Origin: Chrysomallon squamiferum | Taxonomy: Eukaryota > Animalia > Mollusca | Assembly (NCBI GenBank): GCA_012295275.1 | Contig: CM022670.1 | Location: 28,210,001 to 28,274,000, forward strand | Direction of reading: 5' to 3' | Length of the DNA: 64,000 nt | In this document: positions 30,192-48,000 of the stretch, piece by piece | Numbering within the stretch: position 1 is the first letter of the stretch | Layout: the number at the start of each line of letters is the position of its first letter | Translations under genes and position numbers: made by a program | The notes under the pieces: generated by a model | The model's input: the letters and a program-made list of their open reading frames with translations, nothing else | Database searches by the model: none | Told to the model about the DNA's origin: nothing

Positions 30192-33100
30192 TATGTTATG
30201 TTTACTGATATTTACTTACTTTTACATACTTTCATCATGGACTGACAGGTATATATGTATTAAGACCTGCTTAAAAAAAAACATGGATGACTGATACAAT
30301 GTGGTGGGCATTAGTAAATAGCAAAAATAAACATTATGCTATTATATGTTAATAATAATGGTTAGTTACAGCTAGTAGATGTTAGATATCTGTGAGCTAT
30401 TTATGATTTGTTTTTCTATTAATCCTGTTTTAAAGTTTATTTCAAAATTATATTATTTTTACTAAATATCGGTCCAAAATATCTTTTCTGTATTTTTATG
30501 TTTATAAATACCAATGTATATTTGTGAGTTTTTGTTTCATTTGAAACTCACTAAGTATTGGGTATTTTCAGTCTTCAGTTTACTTGTTTATTTTTCATTT
30601 TGTGATGGGTTTATATCAAAAATTTTAAATACTTGTATGATTTCTAGATATTTCTTTCTTTATATATATTTTTTAATTTTTATTTTATAATTTTTTTTGT
30701 TTTATTTGTACATGTCCACCATTTGTATCGTTCATGTCAAAATAATTTGTCTACGTAGAAATGAAAAGTATTAATGAACCTTAAGATTTTCAAGGCATGC
30801 ACTTATAAAATTATTATATAAAATATTGTTAATCTTGTATATTCGATCATTCCATATAATCTCTTTGTTATTTTTAAGGGTATAGCTTCCTTTGAAACAA
30901 AAATATCTTTATTACTTTTGTTTGTTAATTTTCTTTTGTTTTAAAAATTAGGCTACAGTATATATATATATATAAAAAATGAAATTGTTTCTTTGGATCT
31001 TTCAGATTCTTTTTATTTTCCAAAATGTAGCTCTTAAAAATAAAAACTGTTTTTTGTTTTTGATGAATGCTAATAAAAACCAGAAAAAACCTTGCCAGAC
31101 ACTTTATTCATTCCAGAATTCTGAAGGTGTATTTACCATTATTAGCTGGTATGTTACTTTCGTTTAATTTAAGAACTTGAATATTTTTAATCGCAGGAGG
31201 GAAGTCTTGATATTTAATAACAACACACAGTAAATGGCATTCCTTTGATAAATATTAATATTTTTGCCTTTTCAGGCAAGTCACAACTTTTTGTAATGAT
31301 TGTCACAATCTGATTGTTGTTGGGTTTTTTTTCTTTTTCTTTTTTATATTGTTATTTTTATTACTGGATTCAGTCTTAACCATTCTGAAAAAAATGAGGA
31401 CCAAAATTGTATTGTTTATTTTTTTTTTTTTTATATTAAAATACTGTCTTACATATCAGATATAATGACTGTTTTGGAATGTTTTGTTAATATTGATTTT
31501 TCTTCGTTGGTTATAGATGGGTTTTTAAAATTTATTTTCTTTTACTATAATTAAAGAATCTATACCACAATAAAACAAAAACTACTTCGTCATTTTTAAA
31601 TGAAATTTTTTTTTAATCATTCTGGATATTCATTAAATATTCATTAAATATGAATATATTGCTTATTTATTTTATTTATGTTTTTTTTTTTTTTTTTTTT
31701 TTTAAGAATAATCAAATACTGCCATAAATTATATTATTAAACTTTCAGACAAAGTATTAAAATACAGATAATGAGTTATGGACTGACTTCATTCAGCTGA
31801 CCACACTGATGAAACATATCAGCATATTACCTTTTTTATAATCATTGTTTTTTATTTTTTCAACATCACATAATTTACTTTATTTCATTTTTTGTAAACA
31901 TTTGTAACTAATGTTTTCTTTATTATTTTTTTTTTTTTACAGTAATCTTTAACAAAACATTCATGTCTTAATACCATTTTTTTTTTTTTTTTTCATTGAA
32001 ACTTGGTAATGTCAAATTTATCTTACTTTCTTTATAATCAGAAAAATGTATGGAAGAGAATCTAGATCACTGAAGGTTTATTTTTATTACTGTAGCATTC
32101 TAATATTTACTTTATTCATATATTATGTATATTTTGTGGTATATCATGTTTATACTGTTAACCATTGTCTGTACAATTTGGATTTGGATTATTTTTACAC
32201 ATTCCAGGATATGATTTGAATAGTAAGATATTTTGTTGCAGATTTGAATAATATTTAATACAGCAAATGTTTATTTGATCAAGGGACCAGTTGTTCTTTA
32301 TTATTAGGAAATTGTCAGATTTGAAATTGATGAACTAATGGCAAAAACAAAAAAAAAGAATCAAAATGCACAGTGGTTAATTAAATTTATTCTTTTCATT
32401 TCTAGTTTACTGCTTGGAATACTAAAGGTACCTTCATACATACCATGTTATACTACTGCCTTTGCTTCTTATCATGTGATATACATGTATAATCATTTAT
32501 ATATTATACTGAATAAATTTTGCTACATCATGTATTTGTTGTTATCAAATTTGTTGATGAAAAATAAACCGGAAATATTACATAAAAATTTTATTTCTAT
32601 ATTCTTTTGAAAGAAGCAGGAGATCAGGAAGACTTGTAATGTTTTATTTTTGTATTTCTTTATGTGCACCAATGCACAGACAAAATTAGTCATGTGATAA
32701 CATTGGATTAGTTTCATTGTCTAACAAGATTGTCGCATGCTTTTTTATGGGTAGAGGAGTGCATATGAATATCCAGTTTAGATTTATAACTCCAACACAA
32801 TTGTGACTAAAATTAATGTCTTGAAAAAGAAAAAAAAAATTGGCAAGCATTGTATTTGTCATGGACAAGTCTACTCAAGAATGGGTTATTTCATTTTAAA
32901 AAATATTTTTTATATTTATTTTTCTTGGTTTTTGATAAACCTAAAATAAATAAATAACTAAATTAATAACAAATAACCCATATAATGTCTGCTATGTATT
33001 GAAAATCCTATTTCAGATAACATAATATTGCATAGGAAGTGTAATAATTTATTTGCGTTTCTCCATTATTAATTATTTATATTGTGAAGCAGGTAGTTTG

Positions 33101-33332
33101 TGAACAGAAAGAAACTGGCCATTTATGTAAAAAAATGTTTTAATAATTAGTCTACTGAAGGTTAAAAACAATTTTTACACAAAAATTTCATAGATAGGTA
33201 AAATGCGTCACTTTGTGTCTAGTAAATTCATCACTGTTGTTTATCTAGTATTCGTTTTTGAGTAAATATCTCTAAATCTTGAACTGATACCAATCATGCT
33301 AAGTTATAATTCAATATTTCTTACTGATTTAA

Positions 33333-34076
33333 TCACATAAATTCGTCATGCTCTGTTCTGTCTCTGTCAAAGTATTTTGACTTTCGTTCCAGTTTTTTCA
33401 TGGCTTCTTGATACCTGGAATCTGCATCAATCACTTTTAATTTGACATAAGTACCTTCAGCATCAAGCCGTGAATTTTCGTAAAAGTCTTGAAGGACGTG
33501 TGGTCTTTTGAATTCTGGATTTAGATATGTCTGGGCATAAGGCATTGGCTCATACTTACACCTATCGCTTGGATTCTTTGGTCGTGAGGTGATCTCATTA
33601 TTTCTTTCTCTTCTTGGACTTGGTGCCTCGAGGTCCGATAGTTTTGGTGCATCATGCAAGTCAAGAGTGGCCTTTGGTGTATTGGAAGCTATCGCAAGTT
33701 CTCGTTTTAACTGCATACTTTCCATATTTCTCTTCTGGCAGCAGGCACACGTCAACGTACTGCGTCCGTCCCAGGACTCCTGCTGCACGGGCAAAGCATT
33801 TCGATACTTGGAATAATGAAGGTATTCTTGGACAATTTTTTCAACGTCATCATCTTGAACAGGCTGCATCTGCTGAGAATCGTCGAATATTCTTTGTTGT
33901 TTTGGTTGATATTCCAGAGGTAAAGTTTGAACAACAATTGGTTTGTGTTTACGTACCATTACCGTTTTCTTCTCTGAAATTCTTGGAGTATACAAGTTGG
34001 AGGTTTCTTTTATTGGAGTCAATGGTTTTAATTTTGCCCTTGATGCTTCGTACTTCTGTTTCGCTTTGCTCATCAT
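33333..34076 (-). CDS. Uncharacterised 247-aa protein, single coding exon
   Basis: 744-nt ORF, GC-richer than its flanks; acceptor TTGTAG just upstream of the ATG (exon starts 34086); possible 5'UTR donor GAA|GTAAG at 34432; no domain recognised. Confidence 0.75.
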   Translation of the reverse strand: MMSKAKQKYEASRAKLKPLTPIKETSNLYTPRISEKKTVMVRKHKPIVVQTLPLEYQPKQQRIFDDSQQMQPVQDDDVEKIVQEYLHYSKYRNALPVQQESWDGRSTLTCACCQKRNMESMQLKRELAIASNTPKATLDLHDAPKLSDLEAPSPRRERNNEITSRPKNPSDRCKYEPMPYAQTYLNPEFKRPHVLQDFYENSRLDAEGTYVKLKVIDADSRYQEAMKKLERKSKYFDRDRTEHDEFM

Positions 34077-34721
34077 GACATACAATCTACAATTTAAAGT
34101 TAACAATATATGTGATATAAATTAAACTTAATTATAAAAATAAGATTATTTTGTTATTTTTAGTTATTTATCAGTCATTTCAAATATTCAAACGTGGATT
34201 ACCTTAAATTGATTTTAAAACAAAAAACAAAAAAACATTTACGATTACTGAATTGAGCATGTAGTCATTGTAAAATAATAATATCCGAAGCTATGTACAT
34301 TTAAAGATATTTCCATTAGTTATCATAAACAAATGTTATATCCCAATCTTAAAAAGGAAAAGAAAAAAAGAAATGCATTTTGTGAATATTATCTCCCTAA
34401 CTGAAATACTTTCATGCATAGAGAAGTCTTACTTCGTTCTGCTAAACTAAACCTATGTGGAAAGTCAAATCTCTACGCAACGAACGTCAAGTCGCGACAT
34501 TATAGTTAGTACCTGCGGAGAAATATCGATCATATGTCATAACGTAGTTAAGAACCTTCATCTAGACATCAGAGCGCTACAGTATTAATAATAAATAGCT
34601 CCTGAACCAGTTTCTGGTATTATCTGTTTGTCTTAATCTTAACACACAAACCTTAAATATCTACTGATATGTAGGTTATGACAGAAAATTGTATAGACTT
34701 GTACCTCTTTTTAAAACAAAG

Positions 34722-34724
<3 letters not shown>

Positions 34725-34792
<68 letters not shown>
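34725..34792. repeat. (GA)n microsatellite
   Basis: Directly visible. Confidence 0.97.
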
Positions 34793-34798
<6 letters not shown>

Positions 34799-35030
34799 CA
34801 TTATAAGAAATTTCTTTTCCTTTTTTTTTTTTTTTATGTAAAGCATTCCGATGAACTGACTAAACAACTGAAAAGAGGTCCATTTTCTTTATTTCTACAA
34901 ATGTTTTTACTCAGTTATATAATCGCTAGTCAAACCTAATGAAAACAGCGTAAATACTACCCAAAGACAAAAAATAAATTAAAAATAGTAAAACTCCCCC
35001 CTATAATACAGTTGGGGAAAACAGAAATGA

Positions 35031-35062
<32 letters not shown>

Positions 35063-35674
35063 AAGAAAAAAGAGAAAATAATGTAATTTATTGTGACCTA
35101 CCTGTTTCAAAACTGATACTAAAATCCACACAAAAATATCACCTCATCAAGTTTATAACTTTTTCATTACAAAGCGATGCTTTCCTTCACTTGAAAATAC
35201 ATTTATTTCGTTTTCCGATACGAAGAAATCAATCATCACATTTATAAAAATAATAATAAAGTTAAAAAAAAAAAAATAAAAGAGCACATATTGCCATATT
35301 GACTTTAATTTTTTTTTTTTTTTTCTTTCATTACCCATGCACCCGACAGGTTTTGGCGTGTTGCCACGAGAGGGCATTACGAGGTCTACCACATTTAGAG
35401 TGGTTTATTTACAGGACGTCATTGTATAAACCAAACTACAATGTAGTGCGATAGACTCCTGTAAAAGCCTGCTACTCACTCGGGCAAGAAGCCATTGAAA
35501 AACAAACAAAAGCTTGGCCGTAATCAGTAACTAACCAATGGCAACATAAATATTGATAGACTGTGCTGGGACTACTCGACAGAATGAGAGAAATAAAGAT
35601 AATAAGTTATCGTTTCTTTTAATCATAATACACATGCCTTAAAAAGAAATATTTTATTAACGTACACAGAATGA

Positions 35675-35689
35675 ACACACACACACACA

Positions 35690-35775
<86 letters not shown>
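35675..35775. repeat. (CA)n(CT)n microsatellite
   Basis: Directly visible. Confidence 0.97.
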
Positions 35776-35778
<3 letters not shown>

Positions 35779-38204
35779 ACCTATAAGCTTATATGAAAGA
35801 TCCAAACAAATAAATAGACATGCCGATTTCAATAAAAAAATTATATATAATTTTCATGCAAACTGCATCTACTTCTTCCCATTTTCTTTCATCTACTACT
35901 ATGAATACAATTATGAATTAAATAAACAATAATTGTTTGTTTAATGATATTTCAGAATATTTTACTACATTAAGTCTACATTAACAGTGGTTTCTTGGTC
36001 ATTGACAGGATAAAGATGAGACCTGTTCTCATCAAATGATTTGTGCGTGTGTGTCTGCGCCCGCGCATGTACATATGTATGTCTTCTTTTAGGCAGAAAA
36101 ACAGGTAAAATTGTACATCATAAACAGAAAGTTTACTGAAATAAAATAACCTAAAGAGTGAGTCATGGACATCCGATCTGCGACTATTGATCTTTCCTGC
36201 TGCGAACTTAGGCTTCAGTCGTGATAAAAATAAATAAATAAACAAACAAACAAATAAATAAATAAATAAATAAATAAATAAATATTTCACTTCGAAAATA
36301 CGCAGTATAATATTCTTCATTCTATAGCCTGATTCAAAGATTTCATCAAATAATATATATTTAATTTTTTTTCTAATGATCTGAATCCAACGCACTAAAT
36401 ATTGATATATAACCGCGAGTAATTGTGACGAAGATAGATGATTTCTTATTTGTTTAACACTGAAACACGAATGTCTGTGAAACTGTTCTTCTGCAAATGT
36501 AGGGTCTCCTTATATTAGCCAAAGACGATCATATTAAGTTAATAATTTGTATATGTATGTAATCTTAAGACTGTCGTGTGAAAAGAAAATATATTAATAG
36601 TAATAATATTTAAATAAACTTCATTTAAATGCCGATATGAGTAAATAATTGGAGTTCTATTTAGCCATCCGAAATATCATATAATTTATTGTCATTTAAA
36701 CATTTTGTCAAAAACTATATAAAAAAAAATAATAATAATAATTAAAATAATAATAAAAATTAAACATACACATTTAATGAGTTTAAAAACATTTTATTAT
36801 TATTCTCCTCAATATGGTATTAAATACTATTTATTTCAGTGTACGGTATATGTTAGTTAGCTACTTTAAAATGTAAACGACAATTCAAAAATATTTTCAT
36901 CCACTGTAAAATGTTCATAACAAATTAAAAATTAAAATAATTCTTCAAATAATTATAATTATCATAATAAAAAAATAAATAAATAACAAAAAAAACCCAA
37001 ACAATTATAACAGAAAAAAATTAAAAATTAAAAAAAATTATAAGCTAAACTCCATATCGTTTTGACGACGTACAACTGTTACGTAATTTCCTTTGTTTCA
37101 GAATATAAATATGACGTCAACAACAGAAAGTTCGTCACGCGTTCCTTGCTAGGTAAGTGGGAGGATTTGGACTTCATTGTATATGTAAAATAATGTGATA
37201 TATCAAATTGCTGTGATTATTCTGACACTGTCAGTGAGTATAATAAATTTAATTATATTTTTTTATCTTCCAGGTTATTTGTCAACATTCTATCAAGATT
37301 CAATGATTCCATATTCAAGAAGTATCATATTTGCTTAGTATGTGGTTTTTAATCGGAAATTAATATTCGAAATTGGAATTTAGGTAACTTTTGTTATAAT
37401 TATTAGAAGATTTTTAAAATTGTTTTTATTTATTTATCTATACATTTTAAACTTTCCAACTGACGAACAGTCTAAAATAGTGTACAGTTTAATTATAATA
37501 ATAAATATTCTAACATTTTGGCTGATGCTTTGAATGATATAATTTAATAGTATACGACACAAAACAATTAGCTTTTATTGTTAATATAGTTAAAACGATG
37601 AATTAATGAATGATTAAAGAATGATAAAGATTACTAACTTTAATTAATGCACAACATAAATGTACATCTATAGCCACATACAGAAAAAAAAACCATGAAG
37701 AAACGATAACGAAATAAGAACATAAAAACCAAGAAAAAAAAAAAAAACCAGCAACCCCCCCACACCAAATGAAAAACAAGGAAAAATAAGAAAGAAAGAA
37801 AAAAAACATGACACACCCAGCTCAGTGTGGCCAATAAGGGATTAATCATACTTGAAAATTAATTATCCTGTTCACCGTATGTACAAAACAGTATAAATAA
37901 ATAATATAGTTTGTTACCATGTGTGAACATTGATACTCTTTTTCATTATGATTATGACAGACACTGGTTTTGTTTTATTTTATAAATTAGTTTATTAAAA
38001 CGGGGAATGGCATTCTTTATATTTATAATTAAAATAATAATACAAATTAATAATCACAATGCCAATGTGACAATATTTAATAAATATAAATTTTATTATT
38101 TATTTTATGTTTGTAATAATGCAAAAAGCAAAGATCATAGATACATGATTGAATAATAATAAACAAATTAAAAAAAAAAAAATAATAATAAAATAATAAT
38201 TAAA

Positions 38205-38247
<43 letters not shown>

Positions 38248-38966
38248 TTTTTAAACTGGAATCATAAAAAAAAAAAGGAGTAAATTTCTTATTTATGTAT
38301 TTATGCTGACAGTGCCTGTACTGGGAGTAAAAATGTCATGAGCATTGGCTAACAGCCAAATATCTAACCACATTAAAAAATAGTTTAACCTCAGTGATTA
38401 ATTCAGATCAAATGTCTTCAACTATTCTTTAATATAGGATGACTAAAATGTAGTGATTTTCTTGCACATTTTGCCTTTTGAAAAGCATGATTAAATTAGT
38501 AACCATTGTGATCAGTGACTTGCTGATCTTTTACATTTAGAGAGAATCCAAGATTGCTACCATCATGGCACAATCAACAATTTGACAAATAGCATTTTAT
38601 TTCCCATTTGGTGGCATAGCTTCTTACTACAGCTCATTTTCTCCCATATAGTTTTGTTAACACCGACAAACACAATTCCTTCTCATTTTCAGATTTCTAA
38701 GCTTAATCTGAAATTTTGTCAAAATACAGAACCACGTACATTGTATTATAAATTGGTCATACAACCATATTCTCTATCAATGTATCGTAACTTATTTTTG
38801 ACCACTTACATCAGCCTTCTCAGAGGTAAAATTAACGTAAGTAAATACTTTCCACCACCCCGATTTTGACTCTCAGCACATAAAAAAACGTTTATGCAGA
38901 AATAACAGAACAGATTAATTTTCCTTCAACAGTCTTTATTGGTTATTTGTCCATAGACAATTTTTT

Positions 38967-43269
<4,303 letters not shown>

Positions 43270-43415
43270 ATTGGCGGACGTCCTTCTGCAAATAAAAAAG
43301 AAAATACAAATAAACAGAAAGGCTTTGAATTATGTTTTATTGCGTACAAATGAAATATAAGTCATTTAACGCGTTTGAACGACAGATTACAACAGATTTA
43401 ATCAGAGCCCCTTAC

Positions 43416-43455
43416 AATGATTCCCTCGTGTAAAGGATTTATACAGAAAAGGAAG
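43416..43455 (-). promoter_or_regulatory. Probable 5'-TOP/TCT non-coding first exon of RPS12
   Basis: Starts CTTCCTTTTCT; donor ATT|GTAAGG at 43415; acceptor TTGCAG before 43285. Confidence 0.6.
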
Positions 43456-44985
43456 TTACAGCGTACGTTGCATGCCGGGAAATATTGTAATTCTATTTTC
43501 TATGAAACAAGACATTTTTTTTTTTTAAAAAAACAGTATATTAAATTATATTTTGAAAGCACTATTTAATCTATGTTTTAAACCTTGTAAACATATTGGT
43601 TGGTTAAAGATTAATTAAAGATGATTTTATTTAGTTACAAAATAAAATGCTAAATTCATATTCAAACCCAACCCAGCGTAAATAAATACTATTCAGCAAC
43701 AGATGTTATAATTTCCAGCACTACTGCAAGGTATTTACAGTTAGTACATTATTATATAAATTACGTTTCTGTTTTGAAGATGTAAAAAAATTATTAATGT
43801 AAGTTACGATCAGGAAAGTAATATCGCAGTAGTGATCTAACTCAAACACCGTGTTCGCTTAAAATCATGTAAGTTTCTTTAAATACTCATCTACGTAACT
43901 TATTCACATTATTTGTTTCAATTATATGCATATTAATTCATATCGTTTTGCAGAATTAAAGTTTTATTATATGTCTCATACAGAAAATAAAATATCCATA
44001 TGGGAAAATAAGAGTTGCTGTGGCGAAAAGGAAAAACTGAACCAGAGGCAGAGAACCACAAATTTTAGTAAAAAGAAAGTTTAGATTATTTGTTATTTGA
44101 AATTAAAATTGTCTTCCATCTAAATACTACGAGGACATATCAGAATATCAAATAAAACAAACAAACAAATAAATAAAAATAAATGCATAAAATAAAAGCA
44201 CCAAAAAAAAAAGGGGAAAAAAAGACCAAAATAATAATTAAAAAAACCACCTAAAGAAGATTAATATATGATCTTTCTAATTTAAAATATTTCTTCTTAT
44301 TATAAAATAATAGTATACAAAGAAATAATATAAATCGGATACATATACATATATATATTTTTTTTAAACGTTTAACTTTACACTTGCTACTTCATTAAAT
44401 CAACAAGAGGATAAAACAAATAAAATAAAATTTTCTTTCAGTATTTAATAGTCTTTATTTTTTCTCTAATAATAATAATAATAATAATCATATCTACAAT
44501 TTTTTCTCTGACCCGAACATGCCAGCTAACAAATGGATCAGTCTTAGCAGGTATTTTGTGATTTTGGTCAAACTTCTAGCAATGGTTATTATACCTGTCA
44601 CGTTTCTCATATTATATTAAAAATTAAATTATAAAATGTTAATTAATTTTTTTGTTGTTTTGTTTTACTGACTGTTACATATTTTACATGTTCTCGTTAA
44701 ACTAGTTTTCACATAAATGCCAATTTTCAAATATTTATTTAACACTTTTATAAAATAATAATAATATAAATAAAATTAAATATAATAAAATAAACACACC
44801 AAAAAATATTGTTTATTAAAATATGAAATTGCAAATAAACAGTCAGCAACAACCTCATAAATAATAACGAAAGAAGCAAAGCTAGATGCTAGTCATATTG
44901 GATTGTCTCCCTTCATCAATGAAATTATTTCAAAACGTATTAATTTAAAAAATAAAATATTTAAAATAAAGTTAAAATAAGTTAA

Positions 44986-45048
<63 letters not shown>

Positions 45049-45060
45049 AATAAATAAATA
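44986..45060. repeat. (AAT)n/(AAAT)n microsatellite
   Basis: Directly visible. Confidence 0.95.
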
Positions 45061-48000
45061 ACAAAAAAACAAGAAGCAAAATAGTAGAAAATCCCCACAC
45101 ACATACACACAAAAAACAACATACAAAAACAGAACCCCCCTCAAAAAACAAAAACAAACAAAATTAAAAAATAAATGAAAAGATTATAATGTTAAAATGA
45201 CCAGTAAACAAACAAATTATGGTTCATAATTTACATGAATGTTACTGACATTGAATTCGAGTGTGTCTTCTTAAGTAACAATAATAATAATATTTTATGA
45301 ATAACTTGAACTTTCATTTAATGCATTGTAAATGTGTTCCATGTTTTTCACAAGTATATTTGTTTATAGGCTGTATATCTGGTTTATGATTCAGCCAGTA
45401 TCCATTGACTGTGTGTGTGTGTGTGTAATATCATATGATGCAATATAATAATGAAAAAACCCCCAATAATAACAAAGCATAAATGTTTACATAAGTCAAA
45501 CAGAAAATATAAAATGGCAGTTGAAAATAATTTTCAACTGAAATATGCATTATTAATTTTTAGATACAGATATAGATTTTTTTACCTGTTGAATTTAAAT
45601 TATGCTATTCCAGTTTTAGTCAGTTCTCAATAATAGTGAATTATTTATACTCTGTACTTACTTACTTATTTTTCATTTTGCATTTTTTCCCCATCATTTA
45701 TATTTATTTTACTTATATTAATAACAATAGTTAATATTTCTTAAAACTTGTTTATTGCATATACCAAAAAAAATATTTGGTTTTCTTCAGTTGTAACTGT
45801 GATAAGTTTACATTTGGGTTTTGTTCTGAAGAGTTCTTTTAAAGATAATTATTAAGTAATTTTTCATGAATCTTTCAAAGCCAGTAGGTTTCTTCCACCA
45901 ATGTGAAGATGTTTAAAACTATTTACTATTGTTTATATATACTGTTGATTTGTGGCCCACTTCAACATTCCAAGTCACATCTGGTTTTATACCTGATAAC
46001 CATGTTTAACTAATACATCACATATGTTTATAGATTTACCACTGAATTCAGGATTGTGTACGCAGTGATAAATCCTCATCAATTTAACACAGATGCACAC
46101 GTTTGTGTGTGTGATTAATAATATTATTAATGATAATATTTTTTTTATTTATTATTATTTTTTTTTTTTGGCTTCTGTTGTTTTTCTCCTCATATTTAAA
46201 AATAAAAATGACTTTTTCCTAACTATAAAAACAAACATGTTTACAGATTTTAATTCTATTTCATCTCAGTAAATCTTTATTTTGACATTTTCGTATCAAG
46301 TTCAGGGTTTCTGGTTGATATTGCTTCCAACTGGTTAACCGAAAAATTTCATGTCAGTACTTGTTGTACTTTATGATCTTCATTTGTGTATTAAGTTACT
46401 CATTATGTTAACTTTATCAGTATGATTATTTTCTTTTGTTTAAATTTGTTTAATATGAAGCATATGTCAGGATTAAAATGTAAGTAAGGTTTCACACATA
46501 CATCCACACGCACACACACACACTAATTTCTTTATTAATATTTTCTATTACTTAACTCACTGGTAGTTAATATTGTCATATTTCTGTCCTGATCTCAGAG
46601 AAAAGATAACTTGTTGTGTTTTGGTTTGCTTTTTCAGATTATAGGTTAGTAAAGAAAATCAAATTCCACTCTGAATTTTTGGTTTCTTTTTTGTAGATGG
46701 TTTGTGACAAACACTATTCTGTTTTGAACATACATAAGTAATTATAATTTTCTGCAGTCTTGCATGTTTTTGTTCAGATGAATTATTGAAAGGAGTAAAA
46801 AGTTTGTTAATTACTGTTTTTTAGAACAATAATTATTATAATTTTAATTATATAATTTTCTTTTTATGTTATTATTATTATATAATATTGTTATTTTTTT
46901 TTTTCTTTATTATATTAGTTTGATATTTTGATTATTTTTCTTTTACCATTATTATCATTAGTTGCTGCTATTGTTATTATTGATCTGTAACAACCATATT
47001 AATCATAAATCCTTCACCATTTTGTTTTGATCATTCTGGAACATTCTTTACATAAAAAATCTTTACAGACATCAAGACTCCACCATGCCTATAAAGATGT
47101 TTAAAACTCTTTGTCAGATGTATATGAATACTGTTGATTTGTGGCCATCTTTCAGGTCTGTTTTTTTTTTTACCTGCTGACCTTGTTTGTTTACACTTTC
47201 GTTGGTAGCAGCCGTAGAAAAGAGATAGGTTTTCATAGACTACTCCACCTGTTTGGTCTGCTGCATCTAGTGAAACCAGCACTCTATAAACAGTGAGGAA
47301 GAACATGAAAATGGAGGGTAAGAGACAAGTGGAATATAAAGATGGTTTGGAAGGAAGTTGACCATATGTTGCACCTTTGAACTTTACAGTATTTAATACT
47401 TCATCAATGGTCAAACCTTTAGCATGTTAAACCCTGATGTACATTCTGCTTAGCATATGGCCAGCTGAAGGGGAATAAAATTATATATTTAGAGTGGTAA
47501 TGCATAAAAAAAGTCACAGGAAAATTTAATTTTTATATAAATGTTTTTTTTTTTTTTAGTCTGGAAGATATATAGTATTGTGATTTGCAGTAACACTCAG
47601 CTATAGATTTGCACTAAAATATTTTGTCTAAGACATCTGTATTAATTTTTTTTACATCAATACTTGGCTTCAAGATTTATAAGCCTTTTTGTTTGAGATT
47701 TATTTTGTTTTTCAGTAACACTTGGGTGTAGGTTTATATAAAGATTTGTCTATCAGACATGTAATATTTTGTTTCCCAGCAATATATGGTACACTATTTA
47801 AAAATGACTTGAATTGTTTTTGTTTCATTGGGTACAAAACAGTTATTGTATTGATCACTGTATGTTAGATTCTACACAGAAGGATCTATAAAGAAGATTT
47901 ACTTAGTCTTTCACATCTTATCCATCATCCACTCAAAATATTGATGTCATCTCTTTATTCAATAATACTCTTTGTTCTGGAGTTTTCCATGCAATGTCTT

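Noticed and set aside
33589-34125. Plus-strand ORFs overlapping the orphan gene
   Set aside because: They are antisense shadows of the longer minus-strand ORF, lack supporting splice signals and mostly lack an ATG start.
45880-45970. hAT-like transposase C-terminal motif
   Set aside because: No NDxAERG/SxxxER core; it fits a TDRD12-type Tudor segment better.
47031-47414. 127-aa ORF (also 58980-59171 and 59412-59660) as functional genes
   Set aside because: They are fragments between stops and frameshifts of the Tudor pseudogene.
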